From positions 1-39,375 of IMG/VR virus record IMGVR_UViG_3300036987_000065: a stretch of DNA of 39,375 nt; one strand, 5' to 3'. Below the pieces are notes generated by a model. The model was not told the origin of the DNA. It searched no databases and saw nothing but the letters and a program-made list of their open reading frames with translations. The position numbers were made by a program, and so were the translations under genes. The DNA comes from a virus. Taxonomy: Duplodnaviria; Caudoviricetes. Shown here one piece after another: positions 33,575 to 39,375 of this stretch (positions within the stretch are counted from its first letter, which is position 1; every line of letters starts with the position of its first letter).

Positions 33575-36313
33575 ATGGCCGATCACCTTCCCGAGAACGA
33601 TCGCTTAACGCGCGTCGAGACGACGGCCGGCCAGCCGTATGTCGAGACGGATTTTCGCGTCGACTTCAAGGAATACTTGGCAGTCGTTCGCTTGCGCGAT
33701 GGTGACATCGAGCCGGTCGTGCTCGTTGTCGACATCGATTACACAGTCTCGCAGCTGGGGGCTGACGCCGGATGCCGCGTCACGTTCACGCCCGATCCGG
33801 CTCAGGCTGAGGACGTCTATATCCTGCTCGGCGAGCAGCCTGTCGCGCGCACGAATTCGTTCGTCCAACTCGGCGGCGTCAGCGCAGCGAGCCTCGATGC
33901 CGAGCTCGATGCGTTCACGCGCCAGCTGCAGGAGATGGCGCGCGAGATCGCGCGCACCTTCAAGACGGATCGTTTTAGCGCCGAGCCCGTGTTCGACTTC
34001 GAAGGGCGTCGCATTCTCAATGTTGGCGATCCCATCGCGCCCGGCGACGCGGTCAACCTCGGCTCGATCCAGGCGAAGCTTGACGAGGCGACCGCAGCGG
34101 CGACGTCAACGTCGGGCGACAACGCCGCGGCAACAGCTGCCGATCGCGTTCAGACTGGACTAGACCGCGCCGCGACGGCTGCCGATCGCGTGCAGACGGG
34201 CCTCGATCGCAGCGCAGCGGCTGCGTCGGCCGTAGCCGCGGCGACGTCGGAGGCGGCCGTGCTTGGACAGCTGGGCATCGGCCGCCTGGCCGAGGTCGGC
34301 GACATCAAGTTTCAAACCACGACGCACACGCCGGCCGGCTGGATGCGCCTCAAGCGCGATCCGCAGGCGCTGAACAAGGTCGAATACCCCGAGCTCAACG
34401 CGCGCTATGCCGCCGACGGCTATCCTTACGGCAGCACGTCGGGGACGTTCAACATTCCCGGCGTGGCTGGTCTGTTCCTGCGGCCGTGGGATGACACGTC
34501 GACCAACGATCCCGACGCCGCTTCGCGCCTGACGCACGCCGGCGCGCCCGGCGCCGGCAACGTTATCGGCTCGCGCCAGGCCAGCGAGAACAAGCAGCAC
34601 AACCACGGCATCACGCAGACGCCGCACGGTCACACGGCGTCATCGAATGGGCAGGGTATCTTTAACGGCGGCGGCCTGCAGGGGGGTGGCTTCCCTGCGT
34701 TCGGCAATCAGGCCATCACCGTCAACCCGGCGAATGCCAACATCACGATCGATAACGCCGGCGGCAACGAAAGCCGCCCGACCAACGTCGCTTTCCCGCT
34801 GATCATCCTCGTCAATCCGACTTTGGCGAGCGTGACGCACACGCCGTTCGGCCTGCCGTTTCTCTGGGACACCGCTACGGCTGACGCCAATCCCGGCACC
34901 GGCAAGCTGCGGCTGAACCATGCGACGCTGGGCTCGGCGACATTCGCTTATGTCTCGAAGACAGGCGCAAATAGCGCTGACGTCGCCGCGGTCCTCGCGC
35001 TTTCCAACAGCATAGCGTCCGGTGTGCGCGCGGTGCTGACGATCTACCACGCCGGCGCCTGGAACAATGCCGTCGTCGCCAGCGTCACCGGCGCCGTCGT
35101 CGACGGTGGCGCCTACGTCAAGGTGCCGATCACGATCTTGAGCGCTGTCGGTTCGCTGACCAACGGCGTGCCGCTGTGCGTTCAGATCGGGCTTACCGCC
35201 GGCGGTCCGCAAGGTGATGCGGGCTGGTCGCCTGTGTACGCACTGGTCGCAGACGGCGATCGCGTCGTGCAAAAGATCGTTGATTGGCAGGGCGGAGCCG
35301 GCACGAAGCCGGCCGTCAATAAGTACGTCGGCGCGGCAGGCCTCGTCGATAACATCGCCGACGGTGTAAGCGTGCGCGGCGACGTCGGCTTGGCCAGCTG
35401 GTCGCCGGTCTATGCGATCGTCGCCGATGGCACGCGCCGCGTTCAGAAGGTGGTCGATTGGGTTGGCGGAGCGGGGACGAAACCGGCCGTCAACGTTTAT
35501 GTCGGTGTCGATGGCTTCAAGGCGAACATCGCCGACGGCGTCGATGTCCGAGGCGCTTCCGGCGCTGGCACCGGGGACGTTGTCGGGCCTGGCGCCGCGG
35601 TCGGCTCCGGCAATCTCGTTAGCTGGAGTGGCACCGGCGGCGCCAGCGTTGCCGACAGCGGCAAGGCACCGTCGACCGACGGCACGATGGCTGCCGACAG
35701 CGACGCCAAGCTGCCGACCGAGAAAGCCGTGCGCACCTACGTCGCGGCTGCGATCTCCGCCGTTCTCGGCGGCGTATCGTCTGCGTTCGACACCCTCTCG
35801 GAAATCGCAGCAGCGCTCGCCGGCAAGCTCACTGCCTCGAGCAACTTGTCCGACGTCGGCAGTGCGGCGACAGCGTTCGGCAACATCAAGCAGGCGGCCA
35901 CAACGGCGGCAACGGGCGTTACGGAACTCGCGGTCGCTGCCGAGTATCGCGCCAACGCGGCAGGCAACCTTTCTCTCACGCCCGCTGAGGTTTGGGCGGC
36001 GGCAGTTGAGGTCGGGCTCGTCGATGCGGCAACGATCGCCGTCGACATGGGGACCTTCATCAACGCTTCGGTGACGCTCGGCGGCAATCGCACCCTCGGT
36101 ACGCCGAGCAACGCGAAGCCCGGCCAGTCTGGTCGCATTCGCATCATTCAGGACGGAACGGGGTCTCGCACTCTCGCCTTTGCTGCGAACTGGAAATTCG
36201 TTGGCGGCCAGGCGCCGGTGTTGTCGACCGCCGCCAGTGCCGAGGACTGGCTTTACTACGACGTTGCGACGTCGACTGCGGTGCTAGGCTGGCTGGTCCG
36301 CGGGGTCGCCTGA
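33575..36313 (+). CDS. Tail fibre protein
   Basis: T7 gp17-like N-terminal anchor (LVVDIDYTV, LDAELD), collar domain (GDIKF..PAGW..GLFLRPWD..ESRPTNVA), Gly/Ala-rich repeats, C-terminal IIQDGTGSRTL module. Confidence 0.9.
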   Translation: MADHLPENDRLTRVETTAGQPYVETDFRVDFKEYLAVVRLRDGDIEPVVLVVDIDYTVSQLGADAGCRVTFTPDPAQAEDVYILLGEQPVARTNSFVQLGGVSAASLDAELDAFTRQLQEMAREIARTFKTDRFSAEPVFDFEGRRILNVGDPIAPGDAVNLGSIQAKLDEATAAATSTSGDNAAATAADRVQTGLDRAATAADRVQTGLDRSAAAASAVAAATSEAAVLGQLGIGRLAEVGDIKFQTTTHTPAGWMRLKRDPQALNKVEYPELNARYAADGYPYGSTSGTFNIPGVAGLFLRPWDDTSTNDPDAASRLTHAGAPGAGNVIGSRQASENKQHNHGITQTPHGHTASSNGQGIFNGGGLQGGGFPAFGNQAITVNPANANITIDNAGGNESRPTNVAFPLIILVNPTLASVTHTPFGLPFLWDTATADANPGTGKLRLNHATLGSATFAYVSKTGANSADVAAVLALSNSIASGVRAVLTIYHAGAWNNAVVASVTGAVVDGGAYVKVPITILSAVGSLTNGVPLCVQIGLTAGGPQGDAGWSPVYALVADGDRVVQKIVDWQGGAGTKPAVNKYVGAAGLVDNIADGVSVRGDVGLASWSPVYAIVADGTRRVQKVVDWVGGAGTKPAVNVYVGVDGFKANIADGVDVRGASGAGTGDVVGPGAAVGSGNLVSWSGTGGASVADSGKAPSTDGTMAADSDAKLPTEKAVRTYVAAAISAVLGGVSSAFDTLSEIAAALAGKLTASSNLSDVGSAATAFGNIKQAATTAATGVTELAVAAEYRANAAGNLSLTPAEVWAAAVEVGLVDAATIAVDMGTFINASVTLGGNRTLGTPSNAKPGQSGRIRIIQDGTGSRTLAFAANWKFVGGQAPVLSTAASAEDWLYYDVATSTAVLGWLVRGVA

Positions 36314-36987
36314 TGCTGCCGGCGCTCCCCAAAGCCGCAACCGCTCGTCATCGGCACGTCCGCGATTTCCGCGAGTACACCTCCGGCTCGCAGCCCAACG
36401 AGTGGACGAAGCGCGGCGCGACAACGACTCCCGCGTGGTCCATCACCTCGGACGGTGCGACCGCGGGCGGAAAGCGGCTGGGCGTCGCGAGCCCAGCGTC
36501 AGTGGGCACAAACATAAGTTTTGATCCGGCTGGCGTTGTGACCGATGGAGAGGCGCTGGCGCTGGTCAAGACCGGCGCGAGCACCACGGCGAGCGTCATC
36601 AACGTAGGACTGGCGATGCGGGCCTCCGCTGGGTCGGATGTGGCGTACACCGCATATCTGGTCCGTCACTCCGGCATCAACTCTGGCAACTTCAGCCTCT
36701 ACGTTGCGCGTGACAACGTGGCGGCTATCACGTCCACAACCTTCGCCTGGGCCGCCAACACTCGATACTGGATTAGGTTCCGGATGCAGGGCACGTCACT
36801 GCAGGTGAAGGTGTGGGCGTACGGCTCCGCCGAGCCGGCCTCGTGGACCATCAGCACCACGGATGCCAACTTGGCGTCGGGCTACGTCGGCATAAACTGC
36901 CCAGGAACCGTGAACGGGCCGCAGGGCACCATAGAGTTTTTCTCGTTCGCGCCCGGCAATCGCACGGCGCCAGGTCTGTCCGGTTAG
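36313..36987 (+). CDS. Beta-sandwich (lectin-like) putative receptor-binding protein
   Basis: YWIRFRMQGTSLQVKVW....EPASW.....D....GYVG pattern; coupled to the tail fibre. Confidence 0.65.
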   Translation: MLPALPKAATARHRHVRDFREYTSGSQPNEWTKRGATTTPAWSITSDGATAGGKRLGVASPASVGTNISFDPAGVVTDGEALALVKTGASTTASVINVGLAMRASAGSDVAYTAYLVRHSGINSGNFSLYVARDNVAAITSTTFAWAANTRYWIRFRMQGTSLQVKVWAYGSAEPASWTISTTDANLASGYVGINCPGTVNGPQGTIEFFSFAPGNRTAPGLSG

Positions 36988-37056
36988 GTGATTTCAGCGT
37001 CGCAACGCCGGCGATCGGCGGGCCATTAAGGAAAGCGCCAGCGATGGCAATGAGCG

Positions 37057-37296
37057 ATGCAGCAGCCGGACCTTTACAAGATCGGCACGCAAGTCGGCAG
37101 GCTCGAGGAGAAGCAGAAACGCACCGACGCGCGTCTCTCGGCGATCGAGGAGACGCACGAGACGGCGCGCCGTTACCTGGTGCGCGGGATGCTCCTCGCA
37201 CTCCTCTGGTCTGGCGTGATTGGGGCTGGGCTTTCCCGCGACGAGCTCGCCTCGCTGATGGGGGCGGCTATCAGGAAGGCATTGTCGATTGGCTGA
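37057..37296 (+). CDS. Small coiled-coil plus TM protein (holin-like)
   Basis: VGRLEEK...RLSAIEE followed by a hydrophobic segment. Confidence 0.55.
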   Translation: MQQPDLYKIGTQVGRLEEKQKRTDARLSAIEETHETARRYLVRGMLLALLWSGVIGAGLSRDELASLMGAAIRKALSIG

Positions 37297-37374
37297 TGAC
37301 GCTTAGCTGCTGGGCTGCACGCTGGGCCGGCCTTGCCGTGCTGTTCAGCATCGCGTGGCTCGCGGCGTTCAAAT

Positions 37375-37405
37375 GAAAAAAGGGGCCGGATCGCTCCAGC
37401 CCCCT
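37375..37405 (-). terminator. Rho-independent terminator for the minus-strand membrane protein gene
   Basis: Minus strand GGGGCTGGA-GCGA-TCCGGCCCC followed by a run of six T. Confidence 0.85.
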
Positions 37406-37429
37406 TCCCCGCCTCCTCGTCTTTCCAGC

Positions 37430-38365
37430 CTACACGGCCGCGCGTTGATGGCGCCAGGCCGTTGCTCGAGGTAAGCCGGTCGCCGCTCGAACTTCGCGCG
37501 GCTCCGGCTCGCGGCCGTGCTCTGCCCGATAGGCGTCGCAGAAGCTAACGACCATCGCACGAGCGTCGCGCGCCTTGCGCTGCAGAGGCTCCGCGCGATC
37601 GCCAGGCGGCGGCGGCGGAAGTGCCGGGGCCTCGATCGCCGGCGCGGCCGCCAGCGGCTTTGCCAGGCGCTCCTCGCGGCGACGAGCAAGACGCGTCAGG
37701 CCGATGTGCCAGAACACGATGTCGCCGAGCTCGAGGATGATCGCCACCACGTTGGGGTCGATCAGGTTCAGCGCCTCGACGATCGTGCCCTTGTCGGCCG
37801 TGACCGCCGGGAACAGCTTGGCGATCGACGCCAGGTTCGTCACCTTGACGTTGACCGGCACCGGCGCCGGCGCCGTCTGCAGCTTGGCGTCGGCCTGGTC
37901 GACGGCGGTCTGCGCGTCGTCGACGGCGTTCTTGTCGATCTTGCACACGCTGCATTCCCCGGCGTCGCGCTTCGCCTGCAGCTTCTTCTTCGCCGCCTCG
38001 AGGTCGGCGACGGCCTTGTCGTAGGCCGCCTGGGCACGCGCGCGGCCGCCGTTGTGGCTGGTCGCGGTGAGCGTCGCCGTCTGCAGCGCCTCGGCCGAGC
38101 GGCCTGCGGACGAGCTCAGGCAGTAGTAGCTGCCTAGCACGGCCAGGACGATCAACGCCGCGGCCTCGAGCAGATGCATTGACCGCAGCGCGTTGACGGC
38201 CATGACGCCGGCGCCGATCGTGACGATGAGCACGATAACGGCGAGCGCATGCTCGAGGGTGATGCCAGTGTGGGAGATGTCGCGAAGCAGGTAACCGGCG
38301 GTGCCGGCGAAGCAGAGCGCACCAAGCGCAATTGCTCCATACCCCGAAGGGGTGTATGTAGTCAT
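37430..38365 (-). CDS. Membrane protein: 3 TM, coiled coil with CxxC, TM, Pro linker, C-terminal HTH
   Basis: GGAG RBS before the ATG at 38365 (alternative start 38377); PREVRAATGLPRATAWRH HTH; own terminator. Confidence 0.8.
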   Translation of the reverse strand: MTTYTPSGYGAIALGALCFAGTAGYLLRDISHTGITLEHALAVIVLIVTIGAGVMAVNALRSMHLLEAAALIVLAVLGSYYCLSSSAGRSAEALQTATLTATSHNGGRARAQAAYDKAVADLEAAKKKLQAKRDAGECSVCKIDKNAVDDAQTAVDQADAKLQTAPAPVPVNVKVTNLASIAKLFPAVTADKGTIVEALNLIDPNVVAIILELGDIVFWHIGLTRLARRREERLAKPLAAAPAIEAPALPPPPPGDRAEPLQRKARDARAMVVSFCDAYRAEHGREPEPREVRAATGLPRATAWRHQRAAV

Positions 38366-38531
38366 GAAGGTCTCCATTGCTCAGAACAGTGGAAGGCTTA
38401 GGCCTGGCGCGGTGCTGAAACACCGCGTCGGGCCGAATTGTTTTAGCCTGCTTCGGTTAAAAAATCCAGCGGCATTGCAACTTACGTCGTCCGCCTACGA
38501 CGAGTTGTGAACCGAATTTGCAGCGCGGCGA

Positions 38532-38549
38532 TGCAATTCCTACATTGCA
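38532..38549. promoter_or_regulatory. Operator-like palindrome before the ligase gene
   Basis: TGCAAT-TCCTAC-ATTGCA, same pattern as the sites at 4178 and 4961. Confidence 0.6.
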
Positions 38550-38552
38550 AAC

Positions 38553-39158
38553 GTGCCGCGTCTCTCCTTCATCCCCATCGCCGAACCTCGTTACGTCGAC
38601 GAGCCGATCCCGACGGGCGCCGATTGGTTGCACGAGCCAAAGCCCGATGGTTTCCGGCTGCAGATCCATGCCAAGGGTCCGCGCTCGCGCCTGTACTCGC
38701 GCGAGGGGCACGACTTCACCGATCGCTATCCGTCGATCGCCGCGGCGGCCGGCCGCCTGGTGGTCACGACGGCGGTCATCGATGGCGAGCTCGTCGCCTG
38801 CGATGGCAACGATCAGCCCGACTTCTACGCCCTGCTGTTGAACAAGCCGCACCATGGCCTTTGCGTCTGGTGCTTCGATCTGCTCGAGGTCAACGGTCGC
38901 GACATGAAGCGCGAGCCGCTGTGGGCGCGCAAGCAGGCGCTGGCCGACATCCTGCCGGGGCGGACGCTGCGTTACCTCGAGCACTTCGGCGACGGCGTGG
39001 CCCTGCTCGCCGACGCGGAGACGCGCAAGATGGAGGGCATCGTATCGAAGCGGCGCAACTCGCTTTATCTGCCGGGGACGCGGTGCGGCTGGCGCAAGAC
39101 GAAGACGGCGCACTGGCGCGTGGCGAACAAGGACCGTCACAAGCTGTTCGAGCGCTGA
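38553..39158 (+). CDS. ATP-dependent DNA ligase adenylation domain (no OB domain)
   Basis: Motif I EPKPDGFR, III IDGEL, IIIa FDLL, IV EGIVSK, V WRKTK; 201 aa. Confidence 0.9.
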   Translation: MPRLSFIPIAEPRYVDEPIPTGADWLHEPKPDGFRLQIHAKGPRSRLYSREGHDFTDRYPSIAAAAGRLVVTTAVIDGELVACDGNDQPDFYALLLNKPHHGLCVWCFDLLEVNGRDMKREPLWARKQALADILPGRTLRYLEHFGDGVALLADAETRKMEGIVSKRRNSLYLPGTRCGWRKTKTAHWRVANKDRHKLFER

Positions 39159-39168
39159 TCAACGCACG

Positions 39169-39325
<157 letters not shown>

Positions 39326-39375
39326 ATGCCGTTGCCGGCTTACGTCCCGAGGCTTGTTCCGTGGCTGCGCCAGGA

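Noticed and set aside
33575-36987. BPP-1-type diversity-generating retroelement
   Set aside because: No reverse transcriptase and no template/variable repeat pair differing at adenines; fibre repeats are in-frame tandem duplications.

Overview
The window is essentially one apparently complete, GC-rich temperate phage of about 39.2 kb, probably from an alphaproteobacterial host. It is integrated at a minus-strand tRNA-Lys(CTT) (39250-39325) and bounded by a 127-bp direct repeat (1-127 = 39169-39295). Gene order: tyrosine integrase and leftward early operon; CI/Cro-like switch; rightward early genes (GafA-N/GafY-like HTH, membrane protein with C-terminal winged helix, DUF3310, Gp49/Sf6-66 family); Toprim primase; P-loop helicase; iteron-rich origin; TerS/TerL; podovirus-type head, tail and ejection genes; lysis cassette; tail fibre; then morons (secreted repeat protein, second membrane-HTH protein, minimal ATP-dependent ligase). 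Main observations: (1) four exact copies of a 16-bp motif, GAGGGTCCCATCGCGG, each 10 bp before a -10-like hexamer and heading gene modules, one directly upstream of the GTA-activator-like HTH gene; (2) two membrane-anchored DNA-binding proteins of the same architecture; (3) a left junction that looks like attP rather than a host junction; (4) an operator family shared by the switch and the ligase gene; (5) a candidate anti-defence cluster containing a structured RNA. All family assignments come from motif recognition by eye; no searches were run.
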